The notes beneath the pieces are model-generated. The model saw only the letters and a program-made list of their open reading frames with translations. It had not been told where the DNA came from and did no database searches. From assembly GCA_030390025.1 (NCBI GenBank), contig CM059431.1:105092001-105156000 (forward strand): 64,000 bases of DNA. Direction: 5' to 3'. Below, one piece after another: positions 11,425-24,254 of the stretch; the stretch's first letter is position 1, and every line of letters starts with the position of its first letter. The position numbers and the translations under genes are program-made. This DNA is from Squalus acanthias. Taxonomy: Eukaryota.

Positions 11425-12525
11425 TTGGGGGATCCTAGCTACCAGGACAGGTTGGAGAAGCTGGATTTGTTTTCATTAGAGCAAAGGAGGTTGAGGGGTG
11501 TTTTGATAGAGGTGTACAAGATTATGACGGGTTTGGATAGGCTAGACAGGGAAAGGCTGTTCCCACCAGTTGATGGTACTAGGACTAGGGGACACAGATT
11601 TAAGGTTTTGGGCAAGAGATACAGGGGGGGTGTGAGGAAAAACTTTTTTACACAGCGAGTGGTGAGGACCTGGAACTCGCTGCCGACGGAAGTGGTGGAA
11701 GTGGAGACACTCAGGGCTGGATTTTGATACTGGGGCGGGTTGGGGTCGTGTTATCCACTTTTTGTGTTATCCACCCGACTGCAATTGGATGTGGGAGATT
11801 GATGCGATTTTCACCTAATTGGGCAATTGAGTTCCAGCATGTGGGAACCCATGAACCAATTAGCGTTTTCAGTCTAAAAGTCGCCTCTGATGATGTCATC
11901 ATTGCTGCTGTATTGAAGGTCTGCAAAGACTGCCTGGCCTTTGCTGTGAGAGGACCTGAAGGCAAAATGAGCAGCAGCAGCCCTAAGTCTGCTCCCAGAT
12001 ATTTTTGTACCACCACCATTCCCAGATATTTTCCTCCTCCTCCTTTCTCCTTTCTCCTTTCTCTTTTTTCCTCCTCCTCCCTCTCCTCCTGCCAGGTTTC
12101 ACATTCGTGGTTCAGAACAGGCGTGCTTCACGTAGAAAAAGGGTTAAAATCACAAAGGCCTTTCAGAATGGCATTATAGAGGCAATTTAGTGCTTGTTAA
12201 GGGCCTTAACAACCTATCCTGCCTCTTGGAGGCGGGACCAGCAGACACGATTTAATGAAAATTGCGTGGAGGCGGGCTTCTGCCCGCCCGCCAGTTTTCG
12301 CAATTTTAACCCCCCACACGCCTCCAAACCCACCTCCACGGGTCAATGAAAATTCTGCCCTCAATGTTTTCAAGGGGAGACTGGATAGGCACTTGAGGGA
12401 AAGAAACTTGCAGGGCTACAGGGACAGAGCGGGGGAATGGGACTGACTGGATTGCTCTACAGAGAGCCAGCATGGACTCGATGGGCCGAATGGCCTCCTT
12501 CTGTGCCGTTATGACTCTATGACTA
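11425..12525 (+). mobile_element. CR1 LINE 3' fragment interrupted by a MITE
   Basis: ORF2 C-terminus (SYQDRLEKLDLFSLEQRRLRG...FFTQRVVRTWNSLP) stops at 11713 and resumes at 12361, ending in a (ctatga)-type tail. Confidence 0.9.
11714..12360 (+). mobile_element. Harbinger-type MITE, family M1 copy 1
   Basis: TIRs gggctggatttt / aaaattctgccc with a perfect 3-bp TSD TCA. Homologous to 22768-23418, 38890-39619 and 44363-46019. Confidence 0.9.
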
Positions 12526-12526
12526 T

Positions 12527-12950
12527 GCCTATATTCCCTAGAGTTTAGAAGAATGAGAGGTGATCTCATTGAATCATGTAAAATTCTTAAGGGACTTGAC
12601 CAGGTAGATGGTGGGAGGATGTTTCCCCTGGCTGGGGAGTCTAGAACTAGGGATCACAGTCTCAGAATAAGGGGTCGACCATTTAGGACTGAGATGAGGA
12701 GAAATTTCTTCACTCGGAGGGTTGTGAATCTTTGGAATTCTCTACCCCAGCGGGCTTTGGATGCTCAGTCATTGAGTATATTCAAAACAGAGATTGATAG
12801 ATATTTGGACAATAAGGGAATCAAGTGATATAGAGATTTGGCCAGGAAAGTGGAGTTGAGGTCGATGATCAGCCATGATCTTATTGAATGGCGGAGCAGG
12901 CGCGAGGGGCCGAATGGCCGACTCCTGCTCCTAATTCTTCTGTTCTTCTG
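12527..12950 (+). mobile_element. CR1 (HER1-like) LINE 3' fragment
   Basis: ORF 12553-12828 MRGDLIE...NFFTRRVVNLWNSLP plus 3' UTR hairpin and tail. Confidence 0.9.
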
Positions 12951-13291
12951 TTCAATCGCTTCTTTAGTGCTAAATGCTTGTCACAGACACATCGCTTTTC
13001 ATGCCTTCTTATTTTCAATCTTCCAGAAAGTAAAAAATTAAAAATAATTGTCCAACGACATGCTGTTCTTTTAAAAAGGGTTTATCATTTGTTAGGAAGC
13101 TTACATATCTGATTTAAGTCATAGTACCTGTAGGTTATCAGAACACATTTGTATACATATGTTTCACACATCCAGATCAACATGAGTGTACAAAATTACA
13201 TTATTCGCCAATACAAGACAGGTTGATGAGTAGAGTTAGGTAGTGTTATTTATAGGGAGGTAAAAGGAGGCTATTCCAACAGTTAAATGGT

Positions 13292-13753
13292 AAAAGAAAG
13301 ACTTGCATTTAGTTAGCGCCTTTCATAACCTCAGGACATCCCAAAGCGCTTTAACAGCCAAAATAAGTACCTTTTGAAGTGTAGTCACTGTTGTAATATA
13401 TGGAAACGCAGCAGCCAATTTGCACACAGCAAGGGCCCACAATCTGCAATATGGTAATGACCAGATCATCTGTTTTAGCAATGTTGTTTGAGGGATAAAT
13501 ATTGGCCTCAGGACACCAGGGTGAACTCCCTTGCTCATCTTCCAATAGTGCCCTGGGATCATTTACGTCCACTTGAGAGGGCAGACGGGCCTCAGTTTAA
13601 CATCTCATCAGAAAGACGGCACCTCTGACAGTGCAGCGCTCCCTCAGCACTGCACTGGGAGTGTGAGCCCAGATATTTGTGCCGAGTGGGACTTCAACCC
13701 ACGACCATCTGAGTCAGAGGTGAGTGTGCTAGCAACTGAGCCCCGGCTGACAC
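13292..13753 (-). mobile_element. Deu-domain SINE (SacSINE1-like)
   Basis: Homologous to 2778-3236. Confidence 0.85.
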
Positions 13754-15372
13754 CTTTTTGATTTAAAAAGTTTATCCCCTTCATGATTTCTTCTGCCACT
13801 CCTGTGTAAAGCCTTTAGACAGTGAGCGGAGAATTAACACGTTCATTACTAAATAAATTCATCTGCTGTTGTCCATCCTACAGTCACGGGGCCCGAGAAG
13901 GTGGCAAGCCGTGTCTCCACTGAAGCTGTGCCGGGTGCATTCAACTTGAAGCAAGCAACATCCCACCACCAGTGTGCAGTGAATGAGTTAAACTTGCTTT
14001 CCCTAAAACAGAAGCTCTTGAGCGGAGCAGCGGATAATCAGTCTCACATGCTTTATCATGAATTATCATTACTTTGTGTAAAGGCTTTTCTCGGTTATGG
14101 ATTTCCCGATGATGCATTTATCAATTTTCTTTCTTTGATCAGCCGCAGATAGCCATTGCCCACTAACAGGATGTTTCAGCGCTATTAATTTCCACATGAA
14201 AATGGGAGATCTTTAAGTTTCGAAATTTCTTGGGACCTCTGATGAATAGAAGCGGCGTAAGAAAAGTTTTTAATGAAACTGCGCGGCAACTTTTTTTGAC
14301 AGCGCCCATCAGTTACGCACAAAAAAACCAGAGCTGTGCTTCAGCGGGGATAACTAGGATAAAGCACGCTGTCCGCTGTGTCATTTTAATGCTTGCTCCT
14401 GAAAACCTTCTCTTTTTTTTTTCCCCCTCTGGCTGTGCAAAGGTTAGCCATTCATCTTTGAAGAATACTGGCGTGTTCTTTGTGCTGGCATCAGAATTGA
14501 TGTCGCTGGCACACACACCAACTTGGCTGGTTTCAAAAACAAAAATACTTTGGCAGCTGTTCATTGTCGGAGACAATTTTCTTTTCATTAAAATAAAATG
14601 TAGAAACGTTGTAATTTCGCTGTTCAATGACCCTTTTGGTTAAAGACATTTTGGTGTTTAACCACTGCGGCAGATGGCAAGGTAATGAGACATGATGTTA
14701 GATAACAATTTAAGACATACACAGAATACATATATATTCCACCGAAATCATCAACAGTCAGTTTAGCATTGATTCCACTCATATCTACTGAGATTACCAA
14801 ATTCCTTAATCTCCTTCAATTTGTACAAGCTGCCGCTGATCTTACATCAATGCTAATTAACCTTGGTGTAATTTAATCTGGATCTGAAATACATAGGAAT
14901 CGCAATATCTGGGCAGCGTGATAGTATAGCAATTATCTTCCTGAGTTAATTGAAAAAATGGTTCGGCAGTTACAGGAGCTGGTCGAAGAACAAAGTCTAC
15001 CAGATTTGAAATGAAAGACTGCACTCGCTTGCAATAAATTTTTAGCGTGACTGCACGCCATGCACGTACTATATTTACATGCGGGGTTGGAGATCAACAA
15101 TAAAAGCAGATCAAGAATGCACCCTGCTTATTACGCTTGGGTACAGAATCCGATTCTCATTACAGAATGTTTTGTTTTCATTTCCGTCACTGTGGTTCAT
15201 GTATGGGTTTCCTTTTCCACAGGTGGAAGTCCCTCACCTAGTTACTTTACCAAGCACTTGACTCAAGGACTGCAGAAACGGTTGTGTTATCAACTTGATA
15301 ACGTATAGTAAAACTGCAATATTGTAGCTGCTTCAGAGGGAATAGCAAGCTAGTGCCTGTACTGAAAACAAT

Positions 15373-15766
15373 GGCCTCGATCTTAACTCCCGGCCTGGTG
15401 GCAATTGATCCTACTCCCGGGCCTCCCTTGCCCCGGGCTCCCCCTCACCCTCACCCCGATCACATCAGGAGCCCCCCAACCCCCTCTCGTCAATTACCTG
15501 GGTCCTCGGCTGCGTCCTCCCGCTGCCAAATTCCCGCTGTCGCCCTGCCACCCGGGTACTGGGTCAGGCCAAGTTCGGGCAGGTCACCGAGAAGATTTAT
15601 GCGAATGAGGCCGGGCTCCCACGTCCCCGGATTCTCCGGGTTCACCGCCTGCTTTAGGGCTCGTGGGCACCATTTCTGCCCCCCCACCTGCCCCTCCCCC
15701 ACCCCTTCCCCCCCCCACCCACCCCCCGCCCCACCCCCGCTCACTCCCTCCTTTAAATTTGGGGCC
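15373..15766. mobile_element. GC-rich MITE (Harbinger-like)
   Basis: Imperfect TIRs ggcctcgatcttaa / ttaaatttggggcc; CpG-rich interior. Confidence 0.55.
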
Positions 15767-15835
15767 TGTGTCTCACAAAAATGATGTTTGCGAGCCTGCT
15801 CTCCTGAACTGACAGATGCAAAATTAAATTTAAGG

Positions 15836-16285
15836 CATCAGCTGTGACTCAGTGGTAATGCTCTTACCTCTCGAGTCAGAATGTTGTGGGCTCAAAGCCC
15901 CATTCCAGAGAATCGAGCGCACAGTGTAGGCTGGCACATCAGTGCAGTACTGAAGGAGGCACGGTACTGTCAGAGGTGCTGCCTTTCGGACGAGACGTTA
16001 AACTGAGGCCTTGTCTGAGCTCCCAGCTGGGCATTAAAGATCCCATGGCGCTATTTCAAAGAAGAGCAAGGGGAGCTCGCTTGGCTCCGAGCTGAAATTT
16101 AGCCCTCAACCAATACCACTAAAACAATTTATCTGGACATTTATCTCATTGCTGTTTGTGGGAGCTTGCTGTATCCAATTTGGTTGCTGCATTTCCCTGC
16201 ATTACAACAGTGACTACACTTCAAAGGTACTTCATTGGTTGTAAAAACCTTGGGATGTCCGAGGACATAAAAGGCGCTATTTCTT
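15836..16285 (+). mobile_element. Deu-domain SINE (SacSINE1-like)
   Basis: tRNA head tcagctgtgactcagtggta; body and tail homologous to the other copies. Confidence 0.85.
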
Positions 16286-17289
16286 TAATTGTTAGTATAC
16301 CTTTCCATGAATTTTGTTTTATTATCCTAAATATCCCAGTGTACACCCAGCTATTATCCCATTCCCATACTCATTCCTGCAGCACTGACGTGCTCTGAAA
16401 TGCCTCCTGATGATCTGGGATGATCAGACTCATCAACTTGTTTTTGGCCAGCTTAACCTGGAGTTTTCCTTTGAAAATATATGTTCTTTGGGCACATACA
16501 ATTCAGAATATCCACAATGACAACTTTCCCCATTAAGTTGTGTGATGGAAATGTGTATATTTGGAACGATGATGTGGTATTTCAGTATTAGGCTGAACCG
16601 AATGTTAACGCAACTCTTTCTCACACTATACTAGGTGAGAATGACTTTGCTTTACCTTGCGTTGCCTCACTACACACTATTACTGCGGATCCTCTTGCTA
16701 TGACCCACATCCAGTGTGTGCGACAATGATAACACCATCTGGCCCCTTCAAGGGACAGACTGCAGTCTGACACTTTTAGCCCTGGCTGAGCCCCAGATGT
16801 AAGCAGATGAATCGACCCTCACCTCAGTTAATTGCTCAATCTCTTTTTTTAAAAAAAAACCTGTTTTGTAACATTTCTATTAATTTTTTTGTACATAAAA
16901 GGTATAATTTCTCCCCTCTTTCAGGTCCCTTTCAGCCAACATTTCGCTGCTGAGAGACCAGGTTACCTCCTTCAAACTTTCTGATATTGTTGCTCTTTTC
17001 ATGATGCAATTTATAGTGCAGAAGTGGAGCTACAGTATCAAATCTGGGTCTCGCTTCCTTTAAGAATTGTGCCGTTTACATTCCGGGCTGCTTTCTGCAT
17101 TTGTCAGTTCTACTTTAAAATAGCTTGCACACATGCATGTGTTATAAAGTTGCGTTTTGCAATTACGGGGCTTTATTAAGTGATCCTGAGCTCGTAGGCA
17201 AGCCTCTCTAGACATAAGTGCAGGTCAGAGCTAGGGCCACAAAGGTACGATCTGAGCAGGATCATTGGATTTATGCAGGTAAACACTAT

Positions 17290-17657
17290 TGCAGATAGAG
17301 AGAAATTATTGCCGCTGGTGAGGAGAGTCCCGAACAAGGGGGCATAACCTTAAAATTAGAGCCAGGCCGTTCAGGGGTGATGTCAGGAAGCACTTCTTCA
17401 CACAAAGGGTAGTGGAAATCTGGAACTCTCTCCCCCTCCCCAAATAAGCTGTTGAGGCTGTGGGGGTGGGGGGGGGGGGGGGTGGTCAATAGACAATTTA
17501 AAAACTGAGATTGATTGATTTTTGTTAGGCAAGGGTATTAAGGGTTACAGAACCAAGGCGGGTAGATGGAGTTAAGATACAGATCAGCCATGGTCTAATT
17601 GAATGGCGGAACAGGCTTGAGGGGCTGAATGACCTCCTCCTGTTTCTATGCTCCTAG
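17290..17657 (+). mobile_element. CR1 LINE 3' fragment
   Basis: ORF2 C-terminal remnant ([16 protein letters not shown]) and 3' UTR. Confidence 0.85.
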
Positions 17658-18524
17658 AAGATGTATGCGTGGCAGAAAGTGCCAGACCTCTTTCTTGATC
17701 TCGATAGGTGGCTTGAGCAGCCTATCATTATCCAGTAAACATGACTACATCTTCCTGGCTACAAACCTATATTCTGTTCATGTGTAGTTACAAGTTTCAG
17801 GTTCACCATCGATACTTTCTCGGTTACAGCACGCCTGATCACTCCATTAAGAAGCCCCTAGTGTTTTATTTTCGAGACAGCCCATTGTCTAATTACACGT
17901 TGGCCTAACCCAGGGGTGTAACAGTAGGACCCCCTTGTGATGTGAACTGGATATCACGATTTTCATGTGTGCTTCTCCGATCTTTTCAAAGGCAGACTGA
18001 GAAAGACTTGGTGAGATGAGGCCAGACACAAATCAATGAGACTTTTTTCTTTGTTGCAGGCAGCAGGTGACCGTACAGCATTAGCATCAACGCAACTTCC
18101 ATCTACTTAGCTCTTAATTTCACTTCTCTCCTCAAAACTGTAGAAAAAAAATAATACACTGTGCGCCCTGTCCCTTTCATAGACGGACTGACTTGTTTTT
18201 TGGCATCACCCTTCTTTCAGACTGCTTCTAACTGCAAAATCTATCTGCACTTTGACCTTTCAGCGCCGAGCCTCACATCGCTAACTTGCTTATAACCTCT
18301 TGACTAAAGCATCCATTTGTCTGAGTGATCCCAGCCAGGGGATGGGCCATGATGCGGACTTCCTCCCCATTAGTATTTCACCAGTAGGCCTGTCAATAAA
18401 ACTGGCTGCCTCCCTTCCCCTCTTGGGGCATAGGTTTAAAGAGAATGTCTCTTGCTGTTCTCAAAGTGAATGGGGGCCGGTGTGGCTAATGGGCCTGGGA
18501 TGCGACAATGAATGCTCACTGAGT

Positions 18525-18998
18525 CAATGTGGCTGCAGTGGGTACCATCTACAGGATGCACTGCAGCAACTCGCCAAGTGTTCTTCCATAGCTCCTCCCA
18601 AACCTCCTCGGAGGACAAGGGCAGCAGGTGCATGGGAACATCATCACCTCCAAGCTCCCCTCCAAGTCAAACACCATCCTGACGAAGACATAACGAAAGG
18701 TCATCGACCTGAAACGTTAACTCTGTTTCTCTCTCCACAGAGGCTGCTGGACCTGCTGAATATTTCCAGCATTTTCTGTTTCTATTTCTGACTTAGACAT
18801 ACATCGACGTTCCTTCATTGTCGCTGGGTCAAAGTCCTTGAACTCCCTCCCTAACAGCACTGTGGGAGCGCCTTCGCCACACGGACTGCAGCGGTTCAAG
18901 AAGAAAGGCCCATCACCACCTACTCAAGGGGCAACTAGAAATGGACAATAAATGCCGACCTTGCCAGTAACGGCCGCATCCCAAGAAAGAATAAAAAG
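18525..18998 (+). mobile_element. 3' fragment of a second CR1-group LINE family, interrupted by a Penelope-like fragment (~18693-18786)
   Basis: Homologous to 35800-36440 and 56605-57215. The insert aggtcatcgacctgaaacgttaactctg... is flanked by a ctgac(ga/tt)agacata direct repeat. Confidence 0.75.
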
Positions 18999-19626
18999 AA
19001 AGAGATTGTGAGCTGTAATATACAATGCACTGCCCTGCAACACGCATGCTCAATGCCTGCAGCGCCTCTCTTAAAACCTGTGTGAATTCACTTTGTTTCA
19101 AAACAAGGCACTGAAAACATAACTCAATCCCGTAATCTTTTCCATGAAAAAAAGTTTAAAACTCCAGATGTGACATTGCCACCTGAGCAATACTGCCCCA
19201 GTGGAGGTACCAGCTGCACACCGCTTTAATTCCTGGCCACTCCAGGGAAATCCTGGAGTGTTGGCGACCCGAATTAAACCTTTTTGTCTGGATAACACGA
19301 TGATGAAATACTAACCATCGCAGTTAAAATGTCGTTGTGGTGGATCATTCGCACGTGCTGGTATTGTCACAACAATGATTTGTGCTGATCTAGTTCCCTA
19401 ACCACCATCCAAGAGAGTGACTCTTAACCAGCTTTTAAGAGGTGCGATCGAGCTGCACGGCTGAAACACATTTTCTGATTTTCTGAGTCATCTGCTTCTT
19501 GCCAACAGCCGTACTGAGATCAGTGACGCACGATGTGGTACAGTGTCTTCACACTGCAACTAAGAAAGTAGATTTTTGCAACAACATTAAGCTAAACCTG
19601 AGCGGCAGTGATTTATAAATGATATT

Positions 19627-20304
19627 GGCCCGTAATTTCCGATCGGAGGTTTCCTGCGTGCGGATGCCTCCTATCAGAAAAAAATCTACAAACTTACCTG
19701 AGGGCTCCCGAGGTGCGGACACTTCCGCTCCTGGGCCTCTCCACAGTCGAAATGCGCAGAGCCCACGTATCCCAGGGGCGCAGGCGGTTAGCAAGCGTCC
19801 CTGGGATCACGTGGGCCAGGCCAGTCAATAGGAGAAGGGAATCTCCCTTCATACTTTTGACAGATAGACCTGTCAAATATATGAATGGGGATCACCCCAA
19901 AAACACACTAAAACATTAAATAAATTTTAAAAAACCATCAGTGAGTAGTTTACGGGGCTAAAAATAAACTTACCTTTTTTTAAAGTATTTTTAAATTATA
20001 AATGAGTGAAATTTTTTAAATTTTTTTTTCACTTTTTCCAACTCTTATGCCAGGCGTAAGATTTCTAAGGGTTTTCTGCGGGCGGAGGTTCTGCAGAAAG
20101 CGGAACTCTTCCCCCCCCCGCCCCCCACCCCCCGCAGAGGCCCTTCTCCAGGGCAGGCGTCCGATTTGTCAAGAGCATTCTTGACAGATCAGAAATGCCG
20201 GTTTTCAGCGCAAGCGCTTTGCATGCCTGAAACCGGCATTTCCGATGTCCCTACGGGTGCGTACACAGCCCGTACACACCCGTAGGCATCGGAATATCCG
20301 GGCC
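19627..20304. mobile_element. Harbinger-type MITE, family M2 copy A
   Basis: TIRs ggcccgtaatttccgat / atcggaatatccgggcc with a 3-bp TSD ATT. Confidence 0.88.
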
Positions 20305-20409
20305 ATTGTTTTGCTGATGCTTCTGTGATGCAAAGATGCCATTCTGCCCCCTCCATAGAAGCCAAGTGCTTTACATGACAAAACCAATATCATTTTCCAT
20401 AGTAATATA

Positions 20410-21007
20410 CATAAGAACATAAGAACATAAGAAATAGGAGCAGGAGTAGGCCAATCGGCCCTCGAGCCTGCTCCGCCATTCAATAAGATCATGGCTGATC
20501 TGATCCTAACCTCAAATCTAAAGAACACAAGAAGTAGGAGCAGGACCCAGCCACTCAGCCCCTGGGCCCGCTCCGCCACCCACAGGGCCTTGACCGATCC
20601 GAACTCAGCCTCATGTCCAATTTCCTGCCCGCTCCCCGTAACCCCTAATTCCCTTTACTTCTAGGAAACTGTCTATTTCTGTTTTAAATGTATTTAATGA
20701 TGTAGCTTCCACAGCTTCCTGGGGCAGCAAATTCCACAGACCCACCACCCTCTGAGTGAAGAAGTTTCTCCTCATCTCAGTTTTGAAAGAGCAGCCCCTT
20801 ATTCTAAGATTATGTCCCCTAGTTCTAGTTTCACCCATCCTTGGGAACATCCTTACCGCATCCACCCGATCAAGCCCCTTCACAATCTTATATGTTTCAA
20901 TAAGATCACCTCTCATTCTTCTGAACTCCAATGAGTAGAGTCCCAATCTACTCAACCTCTCCTCATATGTCCACCCCCTCATCCCCTGTCCACCCCCTCA
21001 TCCCCTG
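20410..21007 (-). mobile_element. CR1 LINE 3' fragment with (TTCTTATG)n tail and tandemly duplicated 3' UTR motif
   Basis: ORF 20611-20982 is a CR1 ORF2 C-terminus; tail repeats acataaga x3. Confidence 0.9.
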
Positions 21008-21093
21008 TAGGAACAGGAGGAGGCTATTTTGCCCCTCGAGCCTGTTCCGCCATTCAGTTAGATCATGACTGATCTGCATCTTAACTCCATCTA

Positions 21094-21886
21094 CAGTAAA
21101 CTCTCGTTTAATTATCTGGAATTCTCTGATAACCGGCAAAATTCAGGAGTAGGTTCAGGAACCCAAAGGTAAGTTTTACTGTATATTTGTGGCTGTGTAA
21201 CCGGGGTTCTCGTACCTTTTGCCATGTAACCGTGGCTCCTGCACCTCTGGTTGTGTAACTGGGTCCCCTGTACCTGTGGCCGTGTAACCGGGTCCCCTGT
21301 ACCTGTGGCCGTGTAACCGGGTCCCCTGTGCCTGTGGCCGTGTAACCGGGACTCCTGTACCTGTGGCCATGTAACCGGGACTCCTGTACCTGTGGCTGTG
21401 TAACCAGGTCCCCTGTACCTGTGGCCGTGTAACCGGGACTCCTGTACCTGTGGCCATGTAACTGGGACTCCTGTACCTGTGGCTGTGTAACCAGGTCCCC
21501 TGTACCTGTGGCTGTGTAACTGGGACTCCTGCACCTGTGGCCATGTAACTGGGACTCCTGTACCTGTGGCCGTGTTACCGGGTCCCCTGTGCCTGTGGCC
21601 GTGTAACCGGGACTCCTGTACCTGTGGCCATGTAACCGGGACTCCCCTGTACCTGTGGCCGTGTAACCGGGGCTCCTGTACCTGTGGCTGTGTAACCGGG
21701 ACTCCTGCACCTGTGGTTGTGTAACCGGGACTCCTGCACCTGTGGCTGTGTAACCGGGACTCATGCACCTGTGGCTGTGTAACGGGGCTCTCGTACCTTG
21801 GTAGGTATACCTCACCGTTATCTGGAGTTTTTAATCAACCGGCACCATCCCGGTCCCGTAGGTGCCAGATACGAAAGAGTTTACTG
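21094..21886. mobile_element. Tc1/mariner-superfamily (pogo/Tigger-like) MITE containing a 29-bp minisatellite
   Basis: TIRs cagtaaactct / agagtttactg with a TA target duplication (21092-93 / 21887-88). Confidence 0.85.
21188..21798. repeat. 29-bp minisatellite, ~21 units (gtacctgtggccgtgtaaccgggactcct)
   Basis: Directly visible tandem repeat. Confidence 0.97.
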
Positions 21887-22767
21887 TACCCGCCTTGGTT
21901 CCATAACTCTTAATACCCTTGCCTAACAAAAATCTATCAATCTCAGTTTTGAAATAATCAATTGACTCCCCCAGCCTCAACAGCTTTTTGGGGGAGAGAG
22001 TTCCAGATTTCCAGTACCCTTTGTGTGAAGAAGTGCTTCCTGACATCACCCCTGAACGGCCTGGCTCTAATTTTATGGTTATGCCCCCCCCGTTCTTCTG
22101 GATTCCCCCACCAGAAAAAATAGTTTCTTTCTATCTACACTATCAACTCCTTTGATCATCTTAAGCACCTCAATTAGATGGCCCCTTAATCTTCTATACT
22201 CGAGGGAATACAAGCCTAGTCTATGCAGCCTGTCCTCACAATTTAACCCTTTTAGCCCTGGTATCGTTCTGGTGAATCTGCACTGGACCCCCTCCAAGGC
22301 CGATATATCTTTCCTGAGGTGCGGTGCCCAGAACTGAATGCAGAATTCCAGATGGGTTCATGTTGGTAATAATATTTATTTTAATGTCACTGAACAATTT
22401 ATTTAAATCCAACTTTTAGTCTAACATAGCTCACAGAGTGTCTGCAGTGCCGTTAACCCAAAAATTCACAGTTCACAACATTGTTTTTCCAAAATAAGTC
22501 AGGCAATTCCTCGCCACAGTTCTAGAATCTAGGGAATTCTGGAAGATTAATACCAGTGCATCCACTATCTCTGCAGCTACCTCTTTTAAAACCCTAGGAT
22601 GCAGGTCGTCAGGTCATGGGGATTTGTCGCCACTTAGTCCCATTAATTTCTCCAGTACTATGTCTTTACTAATAATGATTTCTTTAAGTTCCTCATTCTC
22701 TCTAGACCCTTGTTCCCCATTATTTCCGGAATTTTTTTGTGTCTTCTACCATGAAGACAGATACAAA

Positions 22768-23418
22768 GGGCTGGATTTTGATACTGGGGCAGGTTGGGGT
22801 CGTGTCATCCACTTTTCGTGTTATCCACCCGACTGCAATTGGATGTGGGAGATTGATGCAATTTTCACCTAATTGGGCAATTGAGTTCCAGCATGTGGAA
22901 ACCCATGAACCAATTAGTGTTTTCAGTCTGAAAGTCGCCTCTGATGATGTCATCATTGCTGCTGCATTGAAGGTCTGCAAAGACTGCCTGGCCTTTGCTG
23001 TGAGAGGACCTGCAAAATGAGCAGCAGCAGTCCTAAGTCTGCTCCCAGATATTTTTACACCACCACTCCCAGATATGTCTCCTCCACATAGCCATCCATA
23101 TATGCATCCTCACAGCCAGCCAGCCAAATGTGCTTCCGCCAGGTTTCACATTCGTGGTTCAGAACAGGTGTGCTTCACGTAGAAAAAGGGTTAAAATCAC
23201 AAAGGCCTTTCAAAATGGCATTATAGAGGCAATTTAGTGCTTGTTAAGGGCCTTAACAGCCTATCCCGTGGGACGGAGTCGGGACCAGCAGACACGATTT
23301 AATGAAAATTGCGTGGAGGCGGGATGGAGACGGGCTTGTGCCCACCTACCAGTTTTCGCAATTTTAACCCCCAACACGCCTCCAAACCCGCCTCCACGGG
23401 TCAATGAAAATCCAGCCC
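22768..23418 (+). mobile_element. Harbinger-type MITE, family M1 copy 2, inserted in an internal CR1 fragment (~22500-23445)
   Basis: TIRs gggctggatttt / aaaatccagccc; flanks aaa / caa; homologous to 11714-12360. Confidence 0.88.
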
Positions 23419-24055
23419 CAAGTATTTGTTTAATGCCTCTGCCCATTAGAAATTCCTCTACCAGTCTCTGGTATTTATATTGGTGACTTTCTTGGATGGG
23501 GTATTATATATATATATATATATTCCTGACTCAATTTTAATTATTTCCACCATATTTTCTCTGAATGATAATAACCTGAGCTCATACATTATTACATTTA
23601 CTAATACAACTGTGGATATTGGAAGGGGTGGGGGCGATTTTCTCCAGACACTTTAGGCTTGAAAGAGTCTCCGAGGTAGCCAAGCTGAAATGCCCAGTTT
23701 AGCCCATGTTTAGCGCAAGATGCCATCTTGGTAAAGGATTTGAAGTTTGCGCTAGGAACGGCCACCTAGAGGATCGTTGAGGGGCTGATTGCCACTTAAA
23801 TTGCCTGCTATTGCTCATGAATGAGGCTGCACGTCATTTTGGTGGCTGGCCCTCGAACTAACGCCCTCTCCTCACAGCTGTTTGGGAGTAAACAGGTCGT
23901 TGGTGAGGATTTCGAGCTCTACTTAGAGGTACATCACCTTTTACTGTTCACTTCCTGCTGGAGGTTTGAAGAGGACTTTTGAAAGACATCGGGACACTTT
24001 CTGGGACACTTTGTCAAGACCTCACCAACACTCTATCCACAGTTATTCTTGATGC

Positions 24056-24254
24056 GGAGATGCCGGTGTTGGATTGGGGTGGACAAAAGTGAGAAGTTGC
24101 ACAACACCAGGTTATAGTCCAACAGCTTTATTTGAAATCACAAGCTTTCGGAGCGCTGCTCCTTCGTCAGGTGACGAAGAAGCAGCCACTCCAAAAGCTT
24201 GTGATTTCAAATAAACCTGTTGGACTATAGCCTGGTGTTGTGCAACTTCTCACA
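24056..24254. mobile_element. Fold-back Penelope-like mini-insertion with hammerhead motif
   Basis: About 80-bp inverted arms; degenerate TSD ttattct(t/g)ga..tgc; nearly identical to 33703-33916. Confidence 0.8.
24138..24174 (-). ncRNA. Minimal type I hammerhead ribozyme motif (Penelope type)
   Basis: Minus strand TCAC-CTGACGA-A-GGAG-CAGCG-CTCC-GAAA-GC-TT-GTGA: intact core, stem II GGAG/CTCC, stem I TCAC/GTGA, palindromic AGCT in place of stem III. Confidence 0.8.

Larger units (their letters stand above)
21008..22357 (-). mobile_element. CR1 LINE 3' fragment split by a Tigger-like MITE
   Basis: aactccatc|TA|cccgccttgg rejoins across 21094-21886. ORF2 remnant EGVQCRFTRTIPGLKGL. Confidence 0.85.
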
